From positions 1 through 64,000 of the IMG/VR virus record IMGVR_UViG_3300020138_000006: a stretch of DNA of 64,000 bases; one strand, given 5' to 3'. Positions within the stretch are counted from its first letter, which is position 1, and the number at the start of each line of letters is the position of its first letter. Below the pieces are notes generated by a model. That model made no database searches. It was not told the DNA's origin and was given only the letters and a program-made list of their open reading frames with translations. This document shows, piece after piece, positions 63,786 to 64,000 of the stretch. Origin of the DNA: a virus (lineage: Duplodnaviria > Caudoviricetes). The position numbers were made by a program, and so were the translations under genes.

Positions 63786-64000
63786 TCAGAACTCCTTGAC
63801 GGAGTCGACCGGGATGCCGAGGTAGCCGAGGGCAACGGCTCGGATGTCGCGGACGACGACCTTGACCTGCTTGGCCGTCACGGAGTCGGGGGGGAGCTTG
63901 TCAGCCTTCTGCCACAGGAGCGTGGCCTTCCCGTTGGCCTCGGTGGCAGCCCCGAGGAGCTTGTCGCTGGCCTCGCCCTTGCGGGCCTTCAGGTTGGCCA
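63786..64000 (-). CDS. C-terminal end of an upstream gene (possibly a MoxR/RavA-like AAA+ ATPase), truncated by the window edge
   Basis: Open helical frame ending VDSVKEF-stop just before the vWA gene; identity inferred only from adjacency. Confidence 0.45.
   Translation of the reverse strand, partial: ANLKARKGEASDKLLGAATEANGKATLLWQKADKLPPDSVTAKQVKVVVRDIRAVALGYLGIPVDSVKEF

Larger units (their letters stand above)
1..64000. mobile_element. Temperate actinobacteriophage (siphovirus-like) genome segment
   Basis: Terminase, portal, capsid, tail, tape measure, lysis, primase-helicase and serine integrase genes; dense 1-4 nt gene overlaps; no host housekeeping genes. Confidence 0.96.

Noticed and set aside
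1-64000. Prophage boundary or host DNA
   Set aside because: No host genes; the att-like site has phage genes on both sides, consistent with an intact attP in an unintegrated genome

Overview
The whole window is a segment of a large, high-GC, temperate long-tailed phage (siphovirus-like) of an actinobacterial host. No host housekeeping genes are visible. Left to right it holds: (i) lsr2, a FliA/WhiG-type sigma factor, an Ig-like protein, the lysis cassette (M15 endolysin, holin) and a displaced tail-fibre-like module; (ii) a leftward block of small accessory genes; (iii) packaging, head and tail genes (terminase, portal, protease, scaffold, capsid, major tail protein, frameshifted tail chaperone, 1778-aa tape measure, minor tail proteins); (iv) a rightward replication and recombination block (C5 methyltransferase, LAETG-anchored surface protein, PD-(D/E)XK nuclease, AAA_24 ATPase, HNH, primase-helicase, RuvC-like resolvase, WhiB, dNMP kinase-MazG fusion); (v) a large serine integrase with an apparent attP inside its own 3' end; (vi) a small ART-like/HNH operon; (vii) a leftward operon with RuvB and a vWA protein. 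The most notable signals are the intragenic attP (tRNA 3'-end-like core flanked by two perfect inverted DnaA-box 9-mers, predicted to swap the integrase C-terminus on integration), a genome-wide palindromic GCGCTAGCGC motif, an FN3 domain apparently split across two tail genes, and a phage RuvB with no RuvA in the window. All family assignments come from motif recognition by eye, with no database searches. Many start codons were re-chosen from RBS position and gene overlaps.
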